Made by a program: the position numbers and the translations under genes. DNA of 62,101 nucleotides, filler included, from Choristocarpus tenellus KU-1152 (lineage: Eukaryota; Protista; Phaeophyceae): assembly GCA_964200185.2 (NCBI GenBank). It is 14 parts of 14 records of this genome, joined end to end, with 100 filler letters (N's around TTAATTAATTAA, not from the genome) between each part and the next. Parts side by side here need not be neighbours in the genome. Positions count along the whole stretch, not along the records: positions 22,683 to 25,806 come from CAXNAD020022150.1; positions 25,907 to 33,480 come from CAXNAD020005942.1; positions 33,581 to 36,899 come from CAXNAD020020834.1; 11 more parts are not named here. The stretch is one strand, 5' to 3'. Positions within the stretch are counted from its first letter, which is position 1. Each line of letters opens with the position of its first letter. The notes beneath the pieces were generated by a model, which was not told where the DNA came from, did no database searches, and saw only the letters and a program-made list of their open reading frames with translations. Positions 23,555-35,507 of the stretch are shown here, piece by piece.

Positions 23555-26200
23555 TTTTGAGTGTGTCTGATAGCTGAGGGGAGCGAAGGAGGAGGGAGCG
23601 CAAGGATGAAGAACATTCAAACCGAGTAATCGCAACCCAATCAATACGACAAAAAAAACGCAACAATCAGGCAACTGCATGAAAAGAAGGGGAAAACGAT
23701 TTGCCAGTTGTGTGGTGATATTCTTCTACGAACTCTCTGTGCTGTTGGTGAGGTATGAACTCTTTATTCGCAAAGTGCATTGCTTCCACTATCCTCTTCA
23801 GTCTTTGATGGCGATGTGGTAGACTTTCGGTCAACAATGTGCTCCTCATAAATCTTCTCCCCTGCAACTACCCACTATTTGGGAGGGCCAACTGCATATC
23901 AGGCATGGGCATGGCAAATATTGTACAAGGTTCGAAAAGGCCTTCAAACCCAAAAGGATATAAATCGACCCTCATAATTTATGGTTTCATTGCTCGACGA
24001 TCACTGAAATGTCAGCATCATCATAATACTTACATCTTTACAAACATTTGTTTCACTTTTTGAAAGAGCTATGATAACAGGGCATACGTAAAGAAAGAAG
24101 TTTGGAAGTTACAACTGTCGCTGAAGGTACTGGTAGCAATCAACCGCAAAATCAGCAATCATAGTAGAGGTTTCTTAAGCATCCTGGACCCCGCCGAATT
24201 TCCTGCCAGTCCTTCAGGATGAGAATGAGCACCTGTAACGATACAAAATTACTCATGATGAAGCCATCCCCCGAGGATAGTATACTCCCACCGCTGACAC
24301 CCAACGCCGCTAAGCCCAGGGTAACCCCTCCGTCAAGATCCCAGGGCTTCTTGCTCACTGCTGCAGCCCCAGCCCCGGCATGGTCTACACCATTTCCAAC
24401 CTTTTTCTTCTTTGAGGAGGTGGGAAAGTGTATTCATAGCCGTGTCGTAGCGACGAAAATGCGGTCAGGAGGGGGGAAAGCGCAAAGAGCAATCAGAATC
24501 ACCCTCGCCACCACAAACATAATGGATTTTACTATCGAAGTTCGTATTGACGAAGCAACAACCAACTCTCGAGCATGCCACGAGCAGTAAACAATTTCCA
24601 GCTGCAAGCTCCTAATTACATGGCTACACTTCAAGCGCATATATACCCTAAAGTTTGCTGCGGGAGAGAGAAGAAGAATTGACAACTGAAGAGAGGGATG
24701 CATCAGGTTTGTGCGACGTACAGTCGTAACTAGGTGGGGAACGAGGTTCTCCTGGCACAAAGCTCTGTTCTCCCTAGGTCCAGAATCTGGAGCAAGGATA
24801 CACTTAATTGCTTGACTCGCACAGGTCGACATGGCACGTAGCTCTCTTGTTGGCAAGAGCAATTTTCTATCCTCAACTTGTAAGTGTCTTGATAATTTCT
24901 CAATTATCCAGTATCATTACCACTACAACTTGACAAATTACGACGACCCCTGGAAGGGAACAAGGTTGGAGGGGAGGGACTCCTACCATCTCTTTTGATT
25001 CAGAGCTTGTTTCAACTCCGTCACCACCGCACTGTCAAGTCGAGCTGAACCTGTGGCGACTGTTACAGGACACGATGTGTGTTTGTGGTACCCCATTAAA
25101 CTGAATCACATCAAGAACCCAAACAATGTTCCAAAAACGTTTTTCTTCTCTAGAATAACCAACCTCTGACCCAACACCTAAATATTCAGAATAAAATGGA
25201 AAGGTACGATTAAATTGACCCATTTAAAGTCGAAGTAGTAACTTCCATCATTGACGTGCTAGAACCTGTCTAGGATAGGAGAGGGGATGGAGCTGGTCCA
25301 ACTCTACGCGGTGTAACTAGGTAAGTAGAAAAGAGATTTTAGGATTTTCAGGACTTTTTTTCACTACTGGGCTGGTAGATTAAAATAATCCCGTCTGCTG
25401 ACGAGACCGACCCTACATTTATTTGGTATGTATGTCCCCATCCATGTACACTAGGTGTTGAACAGGTCCATGTCCACCATCTGGACCGAGTCAATCATCC
25501 TCTAAATTGTCTGGACCATACCCACTGGATAATATACTGGTCTCTGCCCGATGCCCGGATTGGATCAAGCATTTCTCTAGCATGTCCACACCATGTCAAC
25601 TGGGTAATTGTATCAGTGTGTGTCTGTTGTCCAGCCAGTCTAACTCTTTGTTGCATGTCCAGACTATGGTCACCAGCCTGGACCATGTCTACTTCATGTT
25701 GGACTAGTCCAACAGTAAAAAGTGTGTACATGTAGGGGCCAATCTTCATACCAGAGGCGGCGTCAACCTACACTTTGACATTATTATTGGTAATGAAAAA
25801 AAGTATNNNNNNNNNNNNNNNNNNNNNNNNNNNNNNNNNNNNNNNNNNNNTTAATTAATTAANNNNNNNNNNNNNNNNNNNNNNNNNNNNNNNNNNNNNN
25901 NNNNNNGGAGGAACGGAGTAATCTTGAGGGGGGGGGTGTGGTTGTTTAATAAGAGATGCTCAGTCAATCGTCCCTGATGATGTTGATGTTGTCCTTCTCT
26001 CTCAGGTCACCTCAAGGCATCACTACATTGCAAACAAAGTGGACGAAGAGGAGGAACATAAACCTAACCCTTAGAGGCAGATCGACCAACGCCTTGTTAC
26101 ACGCAAACCCCGAAAATACTGTAGCAGCCTGTGAGTAGTAATAACACCGTCCTCCACAAGAGATATTGTTGATCCGTGAGAGGGATTGTTGCTACGTATA

Positions 26201-26232
<32 letters not shown>

Positions 26233-26287
26233 AATTGAATTATTATTATTATTATTAACAATAGTAGTAATGTAGTAGTAGTAATAA

Positions 26288-26642
26288 TAGTATGGTACTT
26301 GGTATAGTACGGTACTTGGTACAGTACGGTACTTGGTATAGTATGGTACTTAGTACAGTACGGTACTTGGTATAGTATGGTAATTGGTATAGTACGGTAC
26401 TTGGTATAGTACTATACTTGGTACAGTACGGTACTTGATATAGGATGGTACTTGGTACATTACGGTAATTGGTATAGTAGGGTACTTGATATAGGATGGT
26501 ACTTGGTACAGTACGGTACTTGGTATAATACGGTACGTGATATAGGATGGTACTTGGTACAGTACGGTACTTGGTATAGTATGGTACTTGATATAGGATG
26601 GTACTTGGTACAGTACGGTACTTGATATAGTATGGTACCTGG
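26288..26642. repeat. 17-bp minisatellite, consensus GTACTTGGTATAGTACG, about 20 copies
   Basis: Direct tandem periodicity; explains the repetitive YQVPYYTKYRT ORFs. Confidence 0.95.
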
Positions 26643-26699
26643 TAAGTCGTAGAGCGGTGTACTCGAAACAGTAGTACTACGTGGAAGGAGGGAAGAGGC

Positions 26700-27539
26700 T
26701 GTGCAATATAGACTAGTTTGTGCAATTCGGCTATTCAAGCGAGAGGCATTAGAGGATTCAACGGAAGGACCAAGCATGTGGACATGAACTTAAAGTGTAC
26801 AAGAGAGTATGTAGATCAAGGAATATTTCATATAGAATATGTTCCAACGTCGGGACAACTAGCTGACATTTTGACTAGGTCTTTACGTAAGAGTCTTACT
26901 TCTGCTCTTGTGCATTAAGTGCTTTCACGTCGAGCGTGATCCTTTGTCAGCACATAACATAACATAACACATAACATAACACATGTCAACATAACACCAC
27001 TGCTGCACGCTCATGGGGGAGTGTGCAATATAGACTAGTAGTCCATATGGTTAATAGTGTAAGAGTGAATGAAGTAATGCGACTCGAACTTACAAGTGAC
27101 TGACGTAGTGTAACTGTCACAAACATATTTAAACATATATTTCTGACGTGTTTGATGACGTATGCATTAGATAACAAGGGAGAGCACACACACCCCCCGC
27201 ACCTAGAGGGTAGTGCTCACTCCGCTAATAAACACATCCATACAGCATGATGAAAAGACTCTATTGGAAGAGCTCTCTTTTGCACAGAGGCGGGTGGGGG
27301 TTGTACAGTACCTTCTCCCATACCCTTTATCAACACTCGCCTGTTCACTGCGGACACCACCTCCTCGCTGTTCAGAATAACCACTCCCCCCGCTCCCGCA
27401 CAGAAGAGGACCGGCCCTATCCACTCTGGAGGTACTGCTCCCTGAAAGACCCGGCTGTAAGGTTTATAGTGTGTTAGTGTTGGACAAGAAACAAAAGAAA
27501 TGAAAACTGACTTAAGTCAAGTAGTACTGGATATTCTCA
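26700..27539 (+). mobile_element. Internally deleted Ty1/copia element: RNase H tail, PPT (27015-27021) and 3' LTR from 27022 (LTR end approximate)
   Basis: GFNGRTKHVDMNLKCTREYV...YVPTSGQLADILTRSL; CATGGGGGAG|TGTGCAATATAG; same family as 49999-53290. Confidence 0.8.
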
Positions 27540-27549
27540 GGCGTGCGAA

Positions 27550-27832
27550 TATCTAGATATCTACATAAGTACCGTAATAGTACCGTAATATGTAGATATC
27601 TACATATGTACTGTAATATGTACATATCTACATAAGTACCGTAATAGTACCGTAATATCTAGATATCTACGTAAGTACCGTAATAGTACCGTAATATCTA
27701 GATATCTACGTAAGTACCGTAATAGTACCGTAATATGTAGATATCTACGTAAGTACCGTAATAGTACCGTAATATGTAGATATCTACATATGTACCGTAA
27801 TATGTAGATATCTACATATGTACCGTAATATC
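27550..27832. repeat. Compound 39/28-bp minisatellite built from TAGATATCTA and GTACCGTAATA modules
   Basis: Direct tandem repeats visible. Confidence 0.93.
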
Positions 27833-27977
27833 TTACCACCAACCACGCTACATACTCTATCTGGGCCGATGATCCCTGAGGCTGTACACTTGGAGATTAC
27901 ATGGAGACATACCTATGCTACAGTGCATGCATACATATGTAGGTATGTGCGCAGATGAACAATAACAACATATATAT

Positions 27978-28026
<49 letters not shown>

Positions 28027-28183
28027 TGAGTATCCATCTCTTAATTGTGCATGCACAACATAAAAAAAAGGTCACCCGTGGTCAGAAACACGCCTCTACC
28101 CACATGCTAAAACACCGGCAGGATTGAGGACATCCGCAATCAACAGTGTCGGGCACTACAACCACAGCACCATGGGACGTCAC

Positions 28184-31149
28184 CTCAGAAAGCCCACCAG
28201 GGGCTCGTAAAGCAGTTCACCCCCCTGCGCCATGTAGGCAACGAGGAGTGCATAGTGGATGAAGACGTACACCATCCCAGTAAGGCGTGCCCCGTCCTTT
28301 CCAAGGGCCTGTCTTGTTCCAGAACACATGAGATGAGATGGTGACAAGGAAGGGAGAATCGATGCACAGACAATAATGCGCAGCACATAAAAATGCGCAT
28401 AGTGGTTCGTGTACACTATGAGGTGATGTACACTATGAGGTGATGTACACTATGAGGTGATGTACACTATGAGGTGATGTACACTAACAAAAGTATGCCT
28501 GGTAGAACGTCTACCTCAGAGGGGATGATAGAAAAAGCACTCCCGCCGTCCGTGAGGAGAGCCAGCTGCAGATACTCCCCTGTTTTGAAAGCAAAGATGA
28601 GATTTCCATACGTCATTCAAAATCGCACCCTAACCCTAACCCTAACCCTAACCCTAACCCTAACCCTAACCCTAACCCTAACCCTAACCCTAACCCTAAC
28701 CCTAACCCTAGGCCCATAGAAAGTACCTACTAGATGTATCTTTAGTGGTGGTACAACATTACCACACTGGAGTGATGCACTTGGTACTTGGTACTTGGTA
28801 CTTGGTACCATTATCTTGACGACAAAATCGAGGTACTATTTGGTACAAGGGTACATGTGAGTCAGGTACTTCAGAGTAATCACACACAATACAGACAATG
28901 CACTCACTAGCGAGCAAAAGCACTACCAAAGAGCCAGTACCAGTACTTTGAAAGCGCCAGGAATCAGTGCCCTTTTTTTTATTTTTGCCAAGTTCAAGGA
29001 ACAAATGCACACAAGACAAGGAGTGAACACTCCAATCAGCATTTGACATTAAGATACCTTTTCAGCCAGGGTAATGAGCCCCACCCCTGGAGTCCCCTGC
29101 CTGCAGATGACATTCACATTCACCTCTGCTATCAACAGACCAGTGCTTGCCATGTACACCCACCTGCAGCACATATTTGCCACCATGGACAGTCCACACA
29201 GGGGATGGGGGGGAGGGTACAGGGTTTGCAGCTCCAACAGCATAGATTCCTTTACTTGCTCACACAAAAACTGGGAGGTTTGTCCAATACGAAGTCAGCC
29301 TCATGTCCATGAAAACGTTGCAGCCAATTCACACCCCACGGTATGGATTCGGGACAAAATCGGATGGAAAAAAAAAAAAATGACAGTCAACAAAATGGTT
29401 GACATGGGGTGTTCATTTTTGTTCTGAGTGTGGCGGATTGAAGTGCGTCTTGTTTGGTGTTGTTTGGTACTGCCTACCAGCTGAGTGTGCTATCCCGCAT
29501 CACTTTCATGTTCCCTGTGTCAGTATACGTCTATCTTTCTGAGTGCCGGCAACATGGTTGGTGGATACTTCCTGGAGAGCGTCCAATAGTACTCGAGTGT
29601 ACCTCACATAGGGGGAATGCACCGGTCATGCCTTTTTCAATTCTCAAGGACAAAATAAATACAGCATAGCCAGTGAGTCTGTGAGCATGTTAGACCGTGT
29701 CCGTGGGCTTCGCATGCCTGTATTGTGCTATATTGTCTTACTGTGCCTCCAAAACACGAAAACTCTTATCGATTTATGCACCTTGGAAAGGTGATGCCGG
29801 GATCAAACATATGGGATTCGAAAGTACGGTAGAATGGATTGAGTAGGTATTCTAAATCACACGAGTATGCACTATCAAGAACCAGGAGCCATCATCTCAG
29901 TGGTCATGAGCAGGATACAAAGCTCTCACATGAATATTAGCGCGAGGGAGCTAGGGATAAATCCCGCCTGAATTGTTGCGGCTGGAAGAGCCAGGATACC
30001 AGCACCCACGGTAGTTCCTCCCACCAACGCAGTAGCCCCCAAGAGGTTGCCTGGTTTATGCTTGAAACCCTAAAGATGGGAATCGAAGGCAACCATGGAT
30101 CTGCTTCAAGTTCTGTATTGACCTATACACTATACCAAGTGTATCTAAGTGTCATCACATGATCGGTGAGGACAATATGAACATGACTAGGACGTGCTTT
30201 ATCGTAGGATTACTTCGCAGAACGTAGATGTCGCTCAACTAAAATATTTATCTTGCGTGCCCCCCTTGCCTATATATCTCCTTCCCTTTCAACACTTTTG
30301 TCAGATACGGCAGGAATCATCGCAACTCTTGTTGACACTTTCCGGAACATACGACCCACAAGAGTAAATACTAGGATCTTGGAAGCGATTCTTGTAGTTT
30401 TCTACGCAATGCTCCACCATGATTGATGCACAAGCGGGAATCATTCGTAAACCACGTACTCCGGAGTAGTTCAGATTAGAGACGCGATAGTGGTATAGCA
30501 CATATTGTACATTCCTCCCTTACAGTGGAGGTGCCTTAATCTCAAATATATACGCCTTGCCCTACACGACTTTCCCACATCCATACTCCCTTCTCATCTT
30601 GCAACCTAACGAACTAACATCGTCCCCAAACCCACACACCCGATTGCAAGGATATGGAAGCCTCACCGTGACATCACATGGCTCCAAGTTTGAAAACAAC
30701 CGGTCGACCTCCCTAGTTCCCAGCTCCTCGAATGCCAATCGATCCGCTGATACGCCTCCTTTATCCTCCACCACTTTGTTACGTCGCATTCCCCGACTCT
30801 CTCCAAGCTTTGTTGCAGCTGCATTCTCTGTCGGCATATTCTCAAGGAGAAAAGCATTGTCCTCAACTTGTCCTATTGTTGCAACATCTCCCTCCGTATC
30901 GAGTTCGGCGCTGTCATCCTCGTCCAAGACTGCGTGGCGTGAGATCGACCTCCCTGAAGGCACAAACCCTGAGACGAGACCTAGGTCTGCACGATGGGCT
31001 GTCCATCTCCCCCTGGACAATGGAAGCAACTTCGAGCATGGAGAAACCGCACCTATCATGACCAGCGAGTTTGCCGGTCTGGACGCTGTCCACCACCCAA
31101 ATGAAACAGTGGTTACGAACCAAGCACGGCACCCACGAGGATGCCGCAT
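28184..31149 (-). CDS. Aromatic amino-acid permease (TyrP/Mtr, HAAAP family), probably plastid-targeted, 3'-partial; exons 31149-30667, 30069-29930, 29163-29058, 28308-28184
   Basis: Spliced: RLFSNL...|GFKHKPGNLLGATALVGGTTVGAGILALPAATIQAGFIPSS...M|WVYMASTGLLIAEVNVN...LAEK|ALGKDGARLTGMVYVFIHYALLVAYMAQGG. All introns GT-AG and phase-compatible. The start codon is tentative. Confidence 0.88.
28411..28486. repeat. 17-bp tandem repeat GTACACTATGAGGTGAT, about 4.5 copies, intronic
   Basis: Exact copies. Confidence 0.95.
28628..28710. repeat. Interstitial telomere-type repeat (CCCTAA), about 14 copies, intronic
   Basis: Perfect hexamer array between two exons of the permease gene. Confidence 0.95.
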
Positions 31150-31451
31150 GGTGACTGGACGGATGCAAGCAGTACGTCTCAAAGGGTCTTTGGCGTATGG
31201 GGATTTCTCGATTTGATTTGTAGCAGTTGACAATAGGAACGTGACGAATGTTGATGTGAAATGGTGAAACGTACGTGTCCTTTTTAACGTAGAAATACGT
31301 TGTTTTCATACAACATGATAATAATGAGTATAATAATACACATGCGATTCAAACATTCATCCCATTGAGGTTCCTACAAGGAACCTAAGCCCTCTAGTTC
31401 GGGTGGTGTTAGCTATACACAGTCTGGACGCAACAGCAGTCGTGAGAGAAA
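31150..31451. promoter_or_regulatory. Putative bidirectional promoter and 5' UTR region, about 300 bp
   Basis: Lies between the divergent start codons at 31149 (-) and 31452 (+) on one contig. Confidence 0.5.
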
Positions 31452-32374
31452 ATGTTTCGAGTCTCGTCTTCCAATATCATTTTGGCTTGTATCGTCGCGT
31501 TGGCTTTGCATGTCGCACAAGTTTCTGCCTTCGCACCTACCTCAACTCTCCTGACGACTTCACACAGGCGACTCTGTGAGCCGTTCTTCATCAGGCCTTT
31601 GGCAGGTGAAATTCCTTCTGTGGTTGATCCAACCCCTTCTTGAGTTTTCTTTCCATCCATGTCAACTTCAACCTGAGTCTACTCAGTACTACTACGGAGT
31701 CCAGAAATGTTAAACTTGGTACATCTACTCTAACGTCATTTTCCATTTTCAGGCGCAGGATGGCAAGTTTTCTCAGCTTCGAAGTAGATGAAGCATTATG
31801 AATGCGAAATATGCGGTAAATTGTAGAGGATCGAGTCATTTCTGGAAAGAAGTATGAGCAGACGCTTATACAAGTGTTGAGTAAAGTACCATCTCCCTGC
31901 ATCAGTCCAGGCGTTTGAAGCTAACACGAGAAGGAAACATTTGCTTTAGTTGTGACTGAGACAATATATCCAGTCTGAGGTTAGAATGCATTACTATTCT
32001 TCCAATTTACACGTCGTATTCACGTTAGGCAAGGCCACAATTCTCAATCCCCGTGTTGGAGTGTGGACTTGAAAAAGCATGAGATAGATACTTTTTCTTT
32101 CTGACGATCACTCAATAACTGGTTGCCATTTGAAGTTCATCAACACTACCATCTCCCTTGGTGGATATCACCCACGATATTGTTCGTTGTGCCACTGGCA
32201 AGAGCAGGTTTCCGAGAAACCCACGAATCTCTGAGGGGTGGTGCGGTAATCCTTGCTGACTCCGCTTCGTCTCCTGAAGCCGCTGTGCCTACAACCGTAC
32301 CTCGCCCCCCTATTGATGCGAAGGCCCTGGTGCGGTATACTGTTGCTATTACCATGCAGTGGGTGACGATCATG
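31452..32374 (+). CDS. Plastid-targeted membrane protein, possibly TspO/MBR-like, 3'-partial; exons 31452-31605, 32208-32374
   Basis: Signal peptide ending VSA|FAP (heterokont ASAFAP motif) then a Ser/Thr/Arg-rich transit peptide. Exon 2 ends PPIDAKALVRYTVAITMQWVTIM (start of a TM helix). The TspO assignment is from recalled similarity only. Confidence 0.65.
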
Positions 32375-32983
32375 GTGAGTACTGTTTTATATTCTTGAGG
32401 CTTTGCGAGACTTGGCATTTTAGTCACATTCAAAATTTGCTCTGAGGTAGGACCACCACATAGCTTTAGAGCTGGATTGGCGTTACCATGGTGTTTCGAC
32501 TACGCGCATACGAAAGGAGTTTTTGAAGGGTGAGAATACTCTTTGTGAGATGCATCTTAACTCACCCCAGAAAGAAGCCTTCCATGGTGTATGAGGTAGA
32601 TTTTTGGCAGCATGAAAAACAGCATATCGATATCGTGTTTTCACTCCAAATCCAGTCACGATATTTTTCCAAGAGTCACATCTTCGCAGGCAATAAGCCA
32701 GGGTCTGTATAACACACCTTGACACCCTTGTCTGGTGTGTACCAAGTGTTCACTCGTGTTGTGAAGAGTCTTCACTTCTCCTCCTCCACAACACCGTACA
32801 TCCCATCAATATGATCGCAAAATACGTTCCCACCGTCGTCATTTTCACCATTTTTTTTATCCTACTTCTTTACTTGTCTTCTACCACTGCCACGCAAGGC
32901 ACATACTACTTATTACAAGCAAAACCATCCACTAACGACACCAACAGCAATTGCATGTACACACATCATCACCCCCACATCCA

Positions 32984-33244
32984 GAGTGAAACTACCTTAG
33001 AGGGTACGAGTTTTTCCCTGTTTGTCCATCTGGGGCTTGGCTTCCCACGTTTTTTTTTTATGACATTTTCCTACTCCAAAATGTTTCGGAGTAGGTAAAG
33101 TGTGTACGTCATGAAAAGGTGTGTCCAGAACTAGGATATTGACACTTCCCAACAAACACGATAGCCAAAATTACATCGAGATCACCGAATTGGATTTTGG
33201 ATCCCCAAATGGACTCAGCTCAACCCTCTAAGATACTTTGGCTC
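32984..33244. mobile_element. MITE family B copy, TSD TCCA
   Basis: TCCA|GAGTGAAACTACCTTAGAGGGT ... ACCCTCTAAGATACTTTGGCTC|TCCA. Confidence 0.88.
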
Positions 33245-35100
33245 TCCACTCACACACCACATGCATGCCTACCAGCGCCCCTCCCTCCCCTACTTGACCT
33301 TGCCCCCACATGTCACATGTCCCATGTCACCAACTCTTATGAACAACAACAACAAGATGGCATACACACACATAAGGATCAGCAACCAACGGTCCTCCCT
33401 CCCTAACCCTCACTTGTTTTGCATCCTATGTAACGGGTCAAAGTATCTGGGGGGAGGGGGTGTCGGCATCCGTTTTTCACNNNNNNNNNNNNNNNNNNNN
33501 NNNNNNNNNNNNNNNNNNNNNNNNTTAATTAATTAANNNNNNNNNNNNNNNNNNNNNNNNNNNNNNNNNNNNNNNNNNNNCACAGATATATGGATGTTGG
33601 GGGGGGGGGGGGGGGGGGGGGGCGGGGGGGGGGGGGGGGGGGGGGGGGGCAGGGGAGTATCTCTATCTCAGTCGCACGTATAACACTTGGCAAGAGACTT
33701 AAAGTGTCAACAAGACAAGGCTTTTCACTTCAAGGAGATCAAGTTTCCTGCAGTAATACAGTAACAGTAGTGTACACTACAATCGGAATTGATTTCACTC
33801 CATGTTCCGCATCATGAGACCACTACTATGTGTGGCAATACAAAGAGGTCTTTACCTCTAGAGAGTGTTGCCGATATCAATTCCAACCCGATTGGCCGAT
33901 AGAACACACCAGGTCAAAAGTCATCAACCTCAGCTGATAAGTCCGGCAACCAAGCCAGTCAACTGCAGTGATTCAGGTCAATCCTGCTAGCGCAATACAC
34001 CGATAATTTATTTCGTTGTATCTGCGTTTGTCTGGTGAAAAAGAAAAGAAAAGAAAGAAGAGCACAACAAAAGAACTCTCGCTTTTCCCAAAGGTCCCTG
34101 CCGTGAACGTGGATTACGGGTGAGAATACCCTTCTTTTCTTTTGCTTTTGATCCGTATGTGTTCCACCAACACGAGGATTTTTTTTTTTTAATTCGAGGA
34201 TCGCCAACAAAAGATATATAGAGATACACCGAAGATTCAAACAGATGTACTGCAACAAACAAAACGCCTTCCGGAAGGTGTGTGTACACTTTTCTTTTCT
34301 TTTCTTTTTTTAAATCGGGCATGTGTCCTTCCTCGGCACCCAGTTGTGTTCAAAAACACAAAAACAAAGAGGACAGCGTGAACAAACTTTCCTTCACTTG
34401 CAAAGTCTGTCTCTAAGGTATTTCAGCAATGCTGAAAATCTTGCCACAACCAAAAAAAAAAAGAACATCACCTACAAAATTTAAAGAGGTGCTTGCTGAC
34501 AATATCACTACACAGAAAAAAAAAAACCAATAAAAGTAAAATCAAACCTCTCACACTCAAAAAAAAAAATCTCGACAGTAGTATATACCAATCGCGCCCA
34601 CAATGGTGGAAATCTCACTCGGGCCGAAAAAAAAAAAATTATTGCCGCAGACACATGCACTGGGACAGAGTTTTGTCAGAACCAACACCACCACATCGCA
34701 ACAAAATCTGCAACCACACAAAATATTTTACTATTACTATTTTGCTTTGGATTTGCCTGGCTGGGGACTATCTATACCGATCCATGGTCAGAGGCAATAC
34801 ACACCGCACTACGTCCTGTAGTAACCGCTGAGTAACTGATGTTGCACTAGGGCCGATCGTACAAAAAAAAGATAAAAAAACACTAGACGGATGTGTAGTT
34901 AAGTTAGCCCATACGGAAAACGTCCACAGCACACGCGCGCACATGAGACAAGCTTGACGCAACCATTTCCATCGTTGCACAACTAGCTCTTCACCTAATC
35001 TTCCCCTCCTCCCCCTCCTCCTCCTCCTCCTCCTCAATGCCTGGCCTTGATTCACAAAGAATACGCCACACAAAGCACGCGTGGAATCAACACAACACAC

Positions 35101-35313
35101 CTGTCAGAGATTCGTCCCCCCAAGTAGGACGAAAGCGCACCCCCAACAGACACCACGGACGCGTTCAGGTAGCTGTAAACAGTGTTATACTCAGGGTAGA
35201 TGTTGGCGTAGAAGCTGGGGAGGTATGAGCCAATAGCAAAGCCGGCCATGAACCGAACCATGCTTCCAAAAAACAGCATGATGAGCAGGGGCTGGCGATA
35301 AATTAAACCGAAG
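35101..35313 (-). CDS. Internal exon of an MFS transporter (Spinster-like)
   Basis: LIMLFFGSMVRFMAGFAIGSYLPSFY...YSYLNASVVSVGGALSSYLGGRISDR contains TM helices and the MFS GxxSDR loop motif; AG/GT borders. Confidence 0.78.
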
Positions 35314-35458
35314 CTTATTTTCAAGATTGTTTTTGTTCAGTGGTGACAGGTCAAAAAAGAGAGGAGGGGGGGGGGGGGGGGGGGGGGGAAAAAAAAGAGG
35401 AAAGGGGGGGGAGGGGAAGTTTCTTTATATNNNNNNNNNNGGGGGGGGGGGGGGGGGG

Positions 35459-35507
<49 letters not shown>

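Noticed and set aside
26288-27832. CRISPR-like or guide arrays
   Set aside because: Units are contiguous tandem repeats without unique spacers, and there is no cas-like or Fanzor/TnpB-like ORF nearby.
28515-28579. Possible extra exon in the permease intron (AG...GT bounded, minus strand)
   Set aside because: At 65 bp it would shift the frame, and the flanking exons already join into a family-like sequence.
30557-31216. 219-aa plus-strand ORF (similarly 2385-2699, 1872-2177 and 50019-50708)
   Set aside because: Antisense shadows of real coding exons or of copia pol.
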